Positions 23,598-37,718 are shown, counted from the first letter of the stretch. The stretch is DNA of 64,000 bases from Raja brachyura (GCA_963514005.1 OY740796.1:31868001-31932000), one strand, 5' to 3'. The notes: generated from the letters alone by a model not told the origin. Numbers and translations: made by a program.

Positions 23598-25054
23598 CTT
23601 GCAATGCAACACTACAGATGCTGGAAATGTGAAATTAAAAACAGAAAACGATGGAAATATTCAGGAAGTCAGTCAGAATCTGTGGAGAGAAAAACAGAGT
23701 TGCTGTTACCAGTCAACAACCTTGCGTCAGAACTGGCCAGGTCTGATACAAACAGCAAAAAGGCTTTTGATCTGAATTTATTTAATTCAATGTAAAATCC
23801 TGAGGGCTGTCATGCAATGTAATCAGTTGAGGACAGTAATGTAATAGAACCTGCCAGAAGCTGTTAGAACACATTAGTTGAGAGCAGTCATGAAAGATAA
23901 ATAGGTTTTATGCAGCCAACAATATGATAGAAACAGCAAGAGTGGAGATGGAATATGGAAGAAATAAAGTATCAAAGGGGATGATAGTACAGGTGAATGA
24001 TTTGTCAGGGAGATTAGCAGAGAAATAAAGCTTCATTCTGAAGGAGATACAAATAACAGAAAGATCATCAGTATCTGAAATTTTCAAAGAAAATGACTGC
24101 GAATGTGGGAAAACCAAAATAAAAATGCCGCACACATGGAATTTCTCAGTTGATTGAACTCAACAGTGAATTCCGAAACCTAAAATGTGCCAGAGCTAGT
24201 CCTTGACCTTACAATAAGCTTCACTGCGTAAGGGATTGAGGATAGGAAAGATGTGGGAGTAGGAAGAAAGAAGTGACAAGCAAATGGAAGCTTCAGGTCA
24301 TGTTTGCAGACTGCAAAATAGACTTTGGCAAAGCTCCCACTCAATCCATATAAGTCCTCTGCCAAATCTATAACATACTACTACATAGAAGACATAGACT
24401 CCGAGAGTGTTGTCTGAGTCAATGTGCCTGTGATTCTGCCAAGAAAAAGGGAGGGTTGTTGGTGAAGGTTGAAAACCAAGCATGTATATTAGGGAAGCAA
24501 CTATTCCTTCAGACTACCTAAAGGGAAGGAGAGGAAAAGGTATGTTTGGTGGTAGCATTATCCTAGACTTTTAGAAACTGGGGAAGATGACCCATTGAAT
24601 GTGATATCTGGTGGTCCGGAGAAAGGGGAGCTCTATCCTTGTTAGGGAAGGAAGAAGACTGAGTGAGAAGACATGATCAAGGAACCTCAAGATTAATGGC
24701 CTACTCCCCCCCACATCAAGCTGAAATTCTTTGTGTGTGCTCTTAAACCAATACCTTGGAGCAGATAGACCTACCAAGAAAGGAAAGGCCAATCCACCAG
24801 GTGCAGTGCTCCTGCCACATTCTTTGTTGACTCACTTGTTGTTGTGCCTTTTGTCCCACACATCCATCATTCCCAGCCTGGTTACTCGAATGTACACCCA
24901 TCTCATGTCTTCCCGCAGGCTGGACTCCTGGATTCCGTAAATCATCTAATTAACTCCGCAACTCTGCAATTATCTGCTCCGAGCGACATGTAAGTAAATG
25001 ATAGATGACAACTGCTTCATTTCCAGGCAATGTGCTTGTGGTGCACTCCCAAAT

Positions 25055-25800
25055 GTCAAAGTCAAATTTATTCGTCACATGACCAACCAAGGCACAGTGA
25101 AATGAATTTGCCATGCAGCGATACAGTTGAAAAAAAGAACACATAATACACAATAAAAAAATCCAACAGAAACATCCACCACAGCATTCTTCACTGTGGT
25201 GGAAGGCAACAACATTCAGCCAGTCCTCCTCCCTTGTTCATTCGTGGTCTGGGCCATAAACCCTCCATAGTCGCTGCTACGGACGGCCGGATGTACAGGC
25301 CCTCTCGTCGGGATGATTGAAACTCCGACGTCGGGACGGTCGAACACACTCCGCGGCTTGGAGCACCTGAATCGTCCATTTTCCTACCGGAGACCATGGC
25401 TTCAGCATGCTATAGGCCGCAAGCCAGCGGTCAGAGCCCTTCTCCGGCGATCCCCGGCAAGGGATCCCAGACTCCGGATGGTAAGTCCACACCACACCCA
25501 TGACTAGAAGCTCCGCAGACCACACCCCATTGATGTCAAAGTTACCAGGCCAGTGATCGGAGCACTCCTTTCTGGCGACCCCCGGCAAGGGTTCGCCCCC
25601 GCTCCGTGAAGGAAAAGTCCACGCTGCGCCCGCTGCTGAAGCTCTGGGCCCGACTGGGAAATGCCACTCTAATCCAAGTTGTTATGCCACGAGGGAGGCG
25701 GAAAAGCGAAATGGAAAAAGTCGTCTCTCCATGAGGAAGTGACCGAAAGATGGTTTCCCCCTTTTTCTCCCCCTACACCCCCCATATATGACACACCGAG
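25055..25800 (-). mobile_element. GC/CpG-rich non-autonomous retroposon with LINE-like 3' tail
   Basis: Minus-strand 3' end ..GTGACGAATAAATTTGACTTTGAC resembles the Rex1-like tails at ~43100 and ~56960; non-coding GC-rich body with an internal duplication. Confidence 0.5.
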
Positions 25801-26638
25801 AGACCGATGATTTGGGATAAATGATTCTATTTTGGACAATGAAATCCAATGATATATTTAACTTCCCCTGTTTGTTCTGCTTTGGCCATCTCAGTATATA
25901 ATTTAAACTCCTATATCCACTCCACCGTACCTTGGTTACTTCCCTGGACGTCTAGAGACTTGGACCTCCTCATTTTTTGTCCTATTGTGGTATTCCTCAA
26001 TAGTAGCAAGCAGTTCACTATCTCTTGAAGTACGTCCGCATTCAGCCTCATTTGGGAGGCATCAAACCTGGGCTCTGTCCTACTGAAGCAGGCACAGCAC
26101 TTAAATGCAATGCTTCAGAATCAGCACTTCTGCCACCACTTCTCAGTATCCCTATCTGAAGTATTCAAAAATTAATCAGTAATCCATGTTAATTTAAGAA
26201 AGCAGAGTCAGAAGCCGACCCTTTATGCATGTTCTGTCATTCATTAATATTGTGGCTAATCTTCTACCTCAGTGCTATTTTCCTGCACTATCCCCATATC
26301 TCGAGTCCATTAATATCCATATACAGTATAGGGGATAAACCACAGAAGGTACATTATTAAGTGAAAAGAGAGTCTACTCCATTAGGACAGTATTTTAAGG
26401 ATCATGTCATGACTGACTGCTATTTGCATTGTATGATCATTAACGAGAGAATTATCTATCTACGTGTATGTCTATCTAACACCAACCAGTCCTTGAAGTG
26501 GTACAGCAATGATTGCTGTTACCCAGAATTACATGTGACATGTTATTTCCTTTCCTGCTTTAATAATGAAAAACAATAAGGGGGAAAAAAAATCAAACCT
26601 CAAATCGAGTCTCTATACGCACAAAGTATTCCAGATAG

Positions 26639-28861
26639 ACACAAAATGCTGGAGTAACTCAGCGGGTGAGACAGCATCTCTGGAGAGAAGGAATGGGCGA
26701 CGTTTCAAGACCCTTCTTCAGACTGATGTCAGGGGAGGGGGCGGGACAAAATTAGAATGTGGTCGGAGACAGTATGACTAGTGGGAGAACTGGGAAGAGT
26801 AAGGGGATGGAGAGAGAAAGCAACTTCTATCTGAAGTTAGAGAAGTTAATGTTCATAGCGCTGGGGTGTAAACTACCCAAGCAAAATATGAGGTGCTGTT
26901 CCTCCAATTTGCACTGGGCCTCACAAAGACAATGGAGGAGGCCCAGGACAGAAAGGTCAGATTGGGAATGGGAGGGGGAGTTGCAGTGCTGGGCCACCAG
27001 GAGATCAGGTAGGTTAAGAAAGACTAAGCAGAGGTGTTCAGCGAAACGATCATCACTTCTGGCTCTCTGCCCTCTGAAGCCTCCAACCTCCTATCCCTCC
27101 AACCCAGCCCCGCACGGCCCGATTTTATCTTCTCCCAAAAATCCACAAACAGAACTGTCTTGGCAGCCCATTGTTTCTGCTTGTTCATGCCCCACTGAAT
27201 TAATTTCCACATACCTTAACTCCATCCTATCCCCCCTGGTGTAATCCCTCCATACATATGTCCAAGACACCTCACACGCACTTCGTCTCCTCAATGACTT
27301 CCATTTTCCAGGCCCCCACTCCCTCATCTTTACTATGGATGTCCAGTCACTCTACACTTCCATCGCCCACCAGGAGGGTCTTAAAGCACTCCGTTTCTTC
27401 TTCGACTGCAGAACCACCAATTTCCATCCGCCAATACTCTCCTCCGCCTAACAGAGCTTGTCCTTATCCGTCAACAACTTCCCCTTTGACTCGTCCCACT
27501 TCCTCCAGCTCCAAGGCGTAGCTATGGGCACTCGCATGGGCCCTAGCTATGCCTGCCTCTTTGTAGGGTATGTCGACTAATCCCTGTTCCAGGGGTACAC
27601 TGGCCCTATCCCTGAACTCTACCTCTGCTGCATTGATGACTGCATTGGTGCTACCTGCAACCATTCAGAACTCACTGACATCATCAACTTCACCACTAAT
27701 TTCCATCCTGCACTCAAATTCACTTGGACCATCTCCGACATCTCCCTACCGTTTCTAGATCTCACCATCGCCATCACAGGAAACAAACTACTGACCGACA
27801 TCTACTACAAACCCATTGACTCCCATAGCATTCTTGACTACACTTCTTCCCACCCTGCTTCCTGTAAAGACTATCGCCTACTCCGAATTCCTCCGTCTAT
27901 GCCGCATCTGCGCCCAGGATGAGATGAGCCATACCAGGGCATCAGAGATGTTCTAATTCTTTAGGGAACGGGGGTTCCCCTCTTCCATTATAGATGAGGC
28001 TCTAACTAGGGTCTCCTCGATATCACGCAGCTCCCCCTCTCCCCATTCGTAACAAGGACAGAATCCCCCTTGTCCTCACCTTCCACCCCATCAACCGTTG
28101 CATACAGCATATAATCCTCCAACATTTTTGCCACCTCCATCGGGATCATGCTACTGGCCACATCTTCCCATCTCCACCCTTTTCTGCTTTCTGCAGACAC
28201 TGTTCTCTCTGAAACTCCCAGGTCAACTCATCGCTTCCCACCCAAACCCCAGGTACTTTCCCCTGGAATCGCAGGAGATGCAACACCTGTCTCTTTACCT
28301 CCCCCCTCGACTCCATCCAAGGACCCAAACAGTCTTTCCATGTGAGGCAGAGGTTCACTTGCACCTCCTCCAATCTCATCTACTGTATCTGCTGTTCCAG
28401 GTGTCAATGGTGAGACCAAGCGCAGGCTCTGCGATCGTTTCACTGAACACCTCCGCTCAGATAGTCTTAAACTACCTGATCTCCCGGTGGCCCAGCTCTT
28501 CAACTCCCAATCTGACCTTTCTGTCCTGGGCCTCCTTCATTATCAGTGAGGCCCAGCGCAAATTGGAGGACCAGCAACTCATATTTCGCTTGGGTAGTTT
28601 ACACCCCAGAGGTATGAACATTGACTTCTCTAACTTCAGAGCCCTCGCTTTCTCTCTCCATCCCCTTCCACTTCCCAGTTCTCCCACTAGTCTTACGGTC
28701 TCCGCCTATATTCTATCTTTGTCCTGCCCCCTCCCCTGACATCAGTCTGAAGAAGGGTCTCAACCCGAAAACGTCGCCCATTCCTTCTCTCCAGAGATGC
28801 TGCCTCACCCGCTGAGTTATGTTCGATTTAAACCAGCATCAGCATTTCTTTCTGACACATT
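26639..28861 (+). mobile_element. Penelope-like retroelement (decayed RT and GIY-YIG region, direct and inverted pseudo-LTR)
   Basis: FTMDVQSLYTSI, GVAMGTRMGPSYACLF, CIDD, FLDL, DIYYKP remnants; 26639-27050 is an inverted copy of ~28430-28820; TSD AAGTATTCCAGATAG at 26624-26638 and 28862-28876. Confidence 0.9.
28745..28777 (+). ncRNA. Hammerhead motif in the Penelope 3' pseudo-LTR
   Basis: GT-CTGAAGA-A-GGGTCTCAACCC-GAAAAC-GTC-GC (one extra A in the GAAAC box). Confidence 0.55.
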
Positions 28862-30099
28862 AAGTATTCCAGATAGTTGGGTTCACAAGTTGGTACATTT
28901 GGAACGTAAAAAAAGTTTTTTTTAAATTAACATGCATGAACAACTCTAACTAATGACAGATGACATTGGTGTGCAAATAGGGCAGACTATGACACAATAA
29001 ATTCCTTTGCTTCATCATTGTAAATTAAAGGAACAGCAGGAAGCAGAGACAGAAATGAATGAGGAACATTTTTGTCAAATTATTTTCCAATGGTATGCAA
29101 ACAGTTGGAGATAATATATTAGGCCTTTATGGTTAGCTTTCGATAATTCAAAACATCAATAATTGATCAAATACAAAGAAAACAATGTAATGGTAGGATC
29201 CAGTTCCATTCTACTAAATACAAAAACCTGTGGAAATAGAAAATAATAGAAAAAATATGCTGGAAGTAAACAACAGATCAGGCAGTATCTGTCTGGCTTT
29301 GCACTTGGCCACATAGCCATGGACGTGCAGGGACTAGAGCACATAACCCTGAGAAGCACCAGCACCAGTGGTGAGAGTCAGGGAGGAAATGTTATGATCT
29401 ATTCTAACCAAGTGAGGTCTGCTGATCATTGAGTCACTTAAGTGAAAGCATGGTTTATACATCTCAGCAACCTGTTAAACTTTGACCCAGACTGGAGTAT
29501 GCAAGAGTAAAAGAACAAATAGGAGTGCATTTACCTTCACTGAAGTACAGAAAAATACTGTACTGCACTTGCAGTACATATATTCCAGGGGAAATCAGTG
29601 GGCTAACCAGCATCTGTGCAGATGAATGGGATGGTCAATGTTTCTCCAGCACTTTTGTCTACCATGCTACCACACCCGCTGAGTTTATCCAGCACTTTTG
29701 TCTACCTTCGATTTTCCAGCATCTGCTGTCCCTTCTTAAATACAGAAAAATAAAGGTTTTCTGCTATTCTGTGTTGGAAAACTTGGCTGCAATGGTTGAA
29801 ATCAATTTAGAGAAATCACTATTATCTACCGGTTAGAATTTGTTATAATTGCTCCAAGACAACAGTATATAATAATGGTGCAGACAGGCCATTATTCGTC
29901 AGGTTTCTTTCTCATCCAGGAGAGAATTTTCAACCACATTATATGCATATTCTCTCCTGTGTGCAGCAATTGAAGTCTGAATCACCCCAGGCTGTGTTCA
30001 GTTATGGTAATTAGACATTGTTATCTTTCTTAGGCAGACTCTCATAAGCAAAGATCATACAAGGCTTCCTCTTGCTCACGTATCTTTGCTCATAAGCAC

Positions 30100-30572
30100 A
30101 GCTTTCTCCCAACATCCCCATGCTTTTTTCTCTGTCCCCCCCCCCCCCTCCCCTCCCCTCCCCTCCCCTCCCCTCCCCTGGGCCCTACCTGGACCCACAC
30201 CTAATCCTCCCCCCTCCATCTAACTACCTAACTTCTGGCTGCACAATTCACAGCTCTTCAATCCTTTTGTCTCACACCTTCGGTTTTTTTATCTTTGGCC
30301 TTTGTCCAACCATATGCATATCAACCCCCCCTCACCTGTGTTCACCTATTACTTGCTATGCATTGTCCTCCCCACCATCTCTTCTAGCTTTCTTTTCTCT
30401 CCCTACAATCAGTCTGAAGAAGTGTCCTGATCCGAGAGCTCACATGTTCATCACCTTTCCAGCTTTCTTCCCCCTCCCCTACAATCAGTCTGAAGAAGGG
30501 TTCCACCCCAAAATGTCACCTATCCAGTGCTGCCTGACACACTGTGTTACTCCAGCACTTTGTGTCTTTTTT
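30100..30572 (+). mobile_element. Penelope pseudo-LTR fragment with tandemly duplicated end and (CCCCT)n tract
   Basis: Two copies of CCCTACAATCAGTCTGAAGAAG (~30401 and ~30477); C-rich pentamer run at 30136-30179. Confidence 0.65.
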
Positions 30573-31205
30573 GCTAATATATATCTGTTGCCGTGTGTGC
30601 ATGTATAAGTGCACTTGTGTATAACATTCTCTTCATGTCCATAATTGCATGTCTATTGGGGTTCGTGACCATAACCTTCTCATTTCCATGTTCGATAAGA
30701 AACATCTGCATTACCATCTGTGTGTTGCGTGACCAGAATGATTCCTTGCATTGAACAATGATACAGTCTTGGTGTGCCCTTATTAGTCCCATCTGCTGTA
30801 CTGCATAACTTCAAAGTATGGATGTGACATCTTTCTGCTCTATGGCAATGACTTTCACATCATATCTGCATGAGCTTTTAGTTCTCCCAACTTTGGAGGA
30901 TCCCACCCAGCAGGTTACTGTGATTTCTTGCTATCCATGCATAGCATGTGGCTCATCCATTATAAGCGCACCACCCCAAGATTGCTGCTTTCTTTGACAC
31001 AACATTACAAATTGCTCCTACGTCAAGGTGAAATGCTATTGATTTTGCACCAATGTCTTGGAGTAGATACATGCAGCAAATATTCCACAATTTACCTGTT
31101 TCACCTCAGGAACATTTTGTCCAATCCATACTCTGAATTCTAACCCATCTCTGTCCCTATACATCCCATCTTCACACCATTATTTTTAATGTAGTCAACA
31201 TTATA

Positions 31206-31553
31206 CAGTTCCACCACCGATTTTCCGGCAACTGGTGATCCTGCCCCCCCCCCCCCCGTAATCCGGACAAGCCCCCCCCCGGGAGTTCCACAAAAATGTC
31301 ATGCCTAGGCCAGGTGAGGCGGCCGATCTCGACCTCATTGAGACTCCCACGGCCCATTTGCCCCCTTACGGCCGGGGCTCTGGAACTCTGGCCCGGCCAG
31401 AGCCTGCAGATCCATTCCCATAGCCGACTGCCGTGGCCAACTTTGTGGGCTGGTATCTCGAAACCCCAAGGCTGTGACCTGTGTTGGTCTGGCAAAATAG
31501 ACAACCAGAGAAACTCTGGAACAAAGGGTGCTGGAAAGTTGGTGGTGGACCTG
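31206..31553. mobile_element. Tc1/mariner-pogo (Tigger-like) MITE
   Basis: TIRs CAGTTCCACCACCGATTTTCCGGCA / TGCTGGAAAGTTGGTGGTGGACCTG, with TA on both sides. Confidence 0.8.
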
Positions 31554-32128
31554 TAGACTATTTGCAGAAAGCAATTTCCAATTCACACTGTGTATACCTT
31601 ATCCCATCTACAGGATATTATTTTTTGTAGCTACTCAAATACTTCCTTGACTTTCCACACTAGCTTCCTTTTTCTGCCTTTTGTCCCACATTTCACCAAG
31701 GGTGCTTCCTACTGCTGACCATCCAATATTTCTAGACTGCCTTATGATAGCTCTATAGTTTTGCATGCCTGCATGCACTTTCCATGAATTAATTCTGTTT
31801 CATGTAGCAGCCATTCCCTCGGGCAGGACTCTGATATTCCTTCAAGTGCACCAAACTACTGCGGTTGTATTAATAGATTCCACTTTGTGAAAAAATTATC
31901 AATGGATTATCTAACTGCGAGAAAAAAAAACAAATATTGTTCAAATCTTTCATTTCTAGATGAATTGCCATAGGGTTGTGATCAATCCAATGCTTTGTCA
32001 AAATCTCATTTGAATGCTTCATAGCATGCTACAAATCTCTCCTTTTGTGGTAAACAAGAAATAATAGCATCTTTATTTTTTGTTGGTCTAGATTTATCCT
32101 GCTTAGCCAGCTCAATATATTTGGTAAG

Positions 32129-32521
32129 GGCACAAAAAGCTGGAGTAACTCAGCGAGCCAGGCAGCATCTCTGGAGAGAAGGAAAAGGTGACGTTTCAGT
32201 CCAAGACCCTTCTTCAGGCAAATTCCATAAGCATAACTGCCCTAGCAGACTCATTGTTTCTGCCTGCTACTGCCCCACTGAAAGCATTTCTACATACCTT
32301 GAGTCCATCCTATCCCCCCGGTCCAATCCCTCCTGACGTATGTCCAAGACACCTCACATGCCCTTCGTCTTTTTAATGTTATATGGTCTAAAGAAGGATC
32401 TAGACCCGGGTCTAGTCACCTATTCCTTTTCTCCAGAGATGCTACCTGAACCGCTGAGTTACTCCTGCCTATTTTTGTGCCTATCGTCAGTGTACACGAG
32501 TATCTGTAGTTCCTTCCTACT
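32129..32521. mobile_element. Penelope deletion derivative (inverted termini around a short RT piece)
   Basis: Inverted terminal repeats; 32250-32370 matches 27165-27290 of the Penelope RT region. Confidence 0.7.
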
Positions 32522-33149
32522 CAATATATTTGGTTATGCCTCCTCTTCACCACCTCCATACTTTACACAGATACTTGACTGAAGATCCACTGCTTGGTGC
32601 TTCTCTTAAATCACAAAATTATCTGCAATGCAGTTAAAATAGTAAGATTAGATGAGAACTTACCAGTTTGAAGTTTGATCTTTATTTTATGAGGAGTTAC
32701 GATGAGCGATTACGTGAAGAAGCCCACAAGTCCGCATGCGCGTCAATCTTCAAGGTAGCGGTGTGAAATCACAGATAACAGTAACTGAAGTAACATAGTA
32801 AGATTATAAACTAGACCTTCCAGTTGACCTTTAACATTTTGAGGGCCGGGAGCGGTGGGCACGTAATCGCTCATCGTAACTCATAAAATAAAGATCAAAC
32901 TTCAAACTGGTAAGTTCTCGTTTAATCTTACTATTTCACTTCGGAGTCATGTGAGTGATTCCGTGAAGATTTCAAAGGTCAGTGATTTCACGCCAATCCA
33001 AATCCAGGCGTCTCACACTGCATAACTTGACTCAGGAGGAGTGAATGATGAGCAATACATTGAAACATGATACTGATTAACATGTTAATGCTTTAATTCA
33101 CAAAATAAACAAAAGAACACAATAGCGACTCCTCTCTCCCAGGGAGAAG

Positions 33150-34129
33150 CTATGAAACAGAACTTAAAACAGAGTGGGCGAACACCCTGGGTTCAATAAG
33201 TGGTTTATTATAAAACCTCTGAAAAGTCAATTTATTTGACCATCCTGTGGCAGCGAGGATATGGTCTAGAAGGGACATCCATTGCCCTCGCTGCTGATGC
33301 TGATGCTGCCCTGGTGGAGTCAGATTTAAAATTGTCAGTATTAACTCCTGCACAACCCAGCACTTGTTTCAGCCATCGTGAAATGGTCTGAACGGACACT
33401 TTCATATGTGGCTTTTTGTGGCTAACAAACAATGCTACCTCGGAGCCTCTGAGACTCTTCGTGACCTCAATATAGCGCCTCAAGTGCGCCACAACACACA
33501 GCCATAAATCCGTGGGATATGCTGACAGTACAAGCTTGAATCCTGACACCCCTGGTCTGCTTTGTTTAATTAGGTCATAGATTTAAAAATTAACATCATT
33601 ACCGTGATGATACCATCCTGTCCAGACGCAGTTTGTGCAAAGTCTGAACCCTTTGCACTGATACCAGCGCCATGAGCATAACTAACTTTAGGGTAATCTT
33701 TGGCAAGGACAAGGATGTGGCTGTACCCCTCTGACGAAGTAGCGTCAGTACCATGCTCACATCCCAGATTTCAGAGTACCTAGGCCTGGGAGGATTAGAA
33801 TTAAAAACATCCTTCATAAATCTCGATATTAATGGATGAGATCCGATAGACTGAAGTTCTGACCCCCGGCATAGGTACGATGACAGGGCACTCCTGGCAC
33901 TGTTGATGGCATTAGAGCTCAACCCTTCATCGAAATGTAACTTGGACAGAAATTCGAGCACATTTGGGATGGAGGCTGTGTGGTATGTAATGTTCCCATG
34001 TAAACAAAATTCCTCCCATTTCCTGACATGAGAGATGTACTGCTTTTTCGTACTATCCCTCCAGGACGATGTGATGACATCCACAGTCCGATTGGATAGT
34101 CCCAGACCCAGGTATGGCCTTCTTAAAAT
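33150..34129 (-). pseudogene. DIRS B tyrosine recombinase (frameshifted)
   Basis: ORF pieces 33599..34135 (LMALVSVQRVQTL), 33232..33549 (DSTRAAS) and 33150..33353 (GWS..TFQRFY). Confidence 0.88.
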
Positions 34130-35686
34130 CTGCAAATTAATAAATTAACATGATCATACAACGGGTATTGATCTCCAGTCACAGAGTGCACCAATAGATT
34201 ATGACGTTTTGGCACCACCATAATAGGCTGTGTAATACTGTCCAAAATGAGAGGGAATCATGGCTGTGTAGGCCAGTCGGGTACCACCAAAACTCCTGAA
34301 GCGGAGTCTTGCTTGATCTTGGTCAAGCACTGACTGATGAGGCAGAAGGGGGGAGATGCATATAAAAACATTCCGCCCCAGTGTAGCGAGAACGCATCAC
34401 CGCGACTGCCCCTGGATCTTGTTCCCATGAAACATACTTCAGTACCTGGTGATTGAGTCAGGATGCAAACAAATCGATATCTAGCATCCCATACTGAAGA
34501 ACAATTTCATTAAATACATCATGATTCAACATCCACTCCGTGTTGTCATTGAATTTGCGTGACCTGGTGTCTGCCACCATATTGAATCTGCCTGGCAAGT
34601 AGACAGCTGAAATTCAAATGTTCTTTTTAATACACCAGTGCCAAATAAGGTTAGCCAAACCGTCACAAGATTTCGACTTGATTCCACCCATGTGATTAAC
34701 ATACGCCACTGCCATGGTGTTGTCAATCTGAAACTGAACGTGTAAGTGATGCTTAGTGCCCATAAAATACTCCTAAAATCCCTAAATAATTAATTCCATG
34801 TGATTGGAGAATAAATGCCTCATGCATATTCCATCTGCCACCACAGCTAGACCTGGTATCAGTAGCACCCCAACCTAGGGCACGAACATCAGTCTGCAAA
34901 ACAACTGAAGGTGTTTCAGAATTTTGCTAGAACAATTTGAAATGCTTCTAATCCATCACTGTACTTCCGCAATGGCTTCATATGGTAATTACATGGGCCT
35001 GTTGAAATGACCTGCATGTATTCTGATTGCCTGTAACTTTGCCCTCTGTAAATGTTGGTAATGCAAAGGTCCATATTGCACAGCTGGAAAGGCAGCTACC
35101 AATTTGACAATTAAGCTGACCATCTGTTTAATTGAAGGCGATTTCTCCCCGAAGAGCTTGATACAGAATATCTTGCCCTTGGGCAGAGTTACAGACATGA
35201 AAGTTGAATTAACTGTGAATCCCAAATAGTCAATTATGTTAACCGGCACCAATTTTGACTTAGCTGGGTGGATAATAAACCCCAACCTCTCAACCATGAG
35301 TTTAACAGCTGAAACTGATAACTCAGCTGCCACAAGGCTTTTTCCAATTATTAAAATGTCATCCAAATAAGCTATTACAATATGGCTCTGTGCCTGGAGT
35401 AACCCCAGTACTGGTTTTAGCAGCTTTCTAAATAATCTAGGGGTTGAGGTTAACCCATTAGGCAGTGCTCTAAATTGCCATAATTGTCCCACTCATCTGG
35501 CTTGTGCTGGGTGGGTGAACACAAGTTGGGAATAAATTCAATTTGAAGCCCTTGTATACTCTGCAGTATAAACACGTTTGATGTTATTTTGTACCATTCT
35601 TTCAGAAACCTGTGTAACCTCCCCCCAACTGGTAGGTAATTCTCACTCAATATGTTTCGACAAGAACCAGACCCACCTACCTCCAT
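34130..35686 (-). pseudogene. DIRS B Pol (RT/RNaseH/MT), frameshifted with N-terminal RT deletion near 35495
   Basis: VGGRLHRF..W start joins directly to QLWQFRALPNGL..YLDD; IDLFAS and YASPPF remnants. Confidence 0.85.
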
Positions 35687-35688
35687 GG

Positions 35689-36830
35689 TTACTGGTGGAG
35701 TTCTTTGTCCCCTGGTTCGGGAAGGAAAAGGCATGTTTGCCCGTACTCCTGCTGGAGTGCGGCAGCTGCGCACCTTGAATGGCCGGCTTGGTTTCAGCAA
35801 ACCACTTGTAGGGGTACTGCCTCCGAAGGGTTCTGCTGGTCACTGGCGCCTTGATGAGCCCGACGGTTTTTGCCTTGTCGTCGAGCTTCTTTACCCGCTT
35901 TGCGAGATCTTCCCCGAACAGTAGGTTCGGTGGCTGGATGTTACTAGGCTTACACAGGGCAGCGAACCTCGGGTTAATGGTAGGGTGGATGGTGCTCTTC
36001 CTAAGGCAGTTTATCTCAAAGTGCACATTGCACATGAGAGCCGGGACATCCTGCTGAACTTCAGTCAGGTGCCCACCATCCACCGACCTACCGAAAGCCG
36101 TAATGCCCGATGTGAGCAGCTTCAGCACCCTTTGCAGTTTTATCTCCTGCACCCTCATACCTACTCCTATATGGCCCCAGATGGCATGGTTTACGGCCGG
36201 TACTTTAAACAGGATACAATTCGCCGGGGTTTCATACTTTTTCGCCATTGTATCTATGGCCAGCTCCTGAAGCTGGTGCGAGGCCAAGTAATTAGCTCTT
36301 CCCCCAGCGGCTCTCCAGAGTCTCTTGGGATGGCAAACCTCGCCGCCAGGAATGGGACCTCTGGCTCGTGCCCTTCGTCCCGTGGGGCAGCCTCCAATGC
36401 TAAGCCCACAAATTCAGCGTCAGAATCGTAATGACCCGTTATGCTCTCCTCCTTCAAGAGGGAGACACTAGGCAGCCCTGTAGGTGCTGCTGGCGCGGGC
36501 TCTTGAAGAGGCAGGCGCTCTTGATGGAGCAACCTCTCCAATAGGAGCTCCATCCTGGATATCTGTGCTACAGTGTCCATTCTCGAGGGAGAACCCTCCC
36601 GACCAGACTCGTCCGAGTCTATCGGCCGGACAGACTGTCTGGTGGCCTTACACCCCTCCGGCTCAGCCACGGTGCCCTCAGACACCAAGTCTGTAGTCGC
36701 TGGTCTCGTTACTAGCGACTCAGTAGATGAGCAAGACGGCCGCCCGCTACCTGCTCTCCCACGGTCCTTGGTTAGTTTTGGAACGGCTCACCTTGCTCTT
36801 AGCGATTCTCAATGCTTGGACTTGTCCTCC
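35689..36830 (-). pseudogene. DIRS B ORF1 (Gag-like), frameshifted
   Basis: ORFs 36254..36688 and 35643..36287 are homologous to copy A ORF1 (AARFA.P..SG.PL; QEIKLQ..LKLLTSGITAF; LFGEDL). Confidence 0.85.
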
Positions 36831-37718
36831 TGTAACAAGATTTAACAAGCGGAGAAATGACCTCCAAAAAGTTTGACACTTACCTGAGGCTTTTTAAACT
36901 TACTGCTGGAGAGGCGTTGCTCCTCCCAGCCGGTCGCTGCGCCATGTGTCAGACGTAATGACGCGCATGCGGACTGGCGGGGTTCTTCATGGAATCACTC
37001 ACGTGACTCCGAAGTAAAATTCCATGTTTCAGAATCTACCCTTCCTACACCAGGTATTGATAGCATTCTCCGAGATAGTGGAGGATAGTTAATACGTTAT
37101 GCTAACAAAGTTGCATTAAACAAAAGAACATATGGTGATCACCATCTTCTCTCTGTTGCGTGCTAAATTAATATTCATAATGTAACAACATATACACAGA
37201 GCAGATAGTTACATGGTACTATTATTAAACGGCACGGAAACAATATTATCTTAATTTCATATGTTATTCTTGTAAACGAGGGGAAGTTATTGATGAGGGT
37301 GGTATGGGGCTGGAGCTCCTGCAGTGAGGTCCTGGGGCTGAGATGACTTATGTCCGACGTCCACAAACATCTTTTCTCATCTACTTTCGACTCAGTTGAA
37401 TGGCTTGTTATTATGATGCCCAATTACTTCAGTTTTACCAGGACTTCTTGGTGCCACACTGAATCAAATATTACCTTGATGTCAAAAAGGCTGGTTGACC
37501 CACGAGGGACCTCGAGATTTCACTCGCGGTAATCACGTACAATTAACGTAGCGGGAACGTTGGAACTCACGCGCGCAAATTAGTAACTCGTGGCGCTAAC
37601 GGCAAGTACCCGTGAAACTTGTTAACTCGTGAAAAAATTCAAACATGTTTGAGGTTTTCCACGAGTCAAATTTGCTGTTCAAGTTAAAAATTAAAACATT
37701 TAAACTCGTTGAAATAAC

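Larger units (their letters stand above)
32638..37020 (-). mobile_element. DIRS1-type retrotransposon B (both termini present, decayed, internal RT deletion)
   Basis: Same terminal and ICR architecture as copy A (ICR 32860-32969), AAT at both junctions, fragmented Gag, RT (YLDD), RNaseH, MT and YR. Confidence 0.93.

Noticed and set aside
28098-28739. 213-aa ORF as an intact endonuclease gene
   Set aside because: Mostly out-of-frame reading of a frameshifted Penelope C-terminus; only the end (LEDQQLIFRLGSLHPRGMNIDF) is in the native frame.
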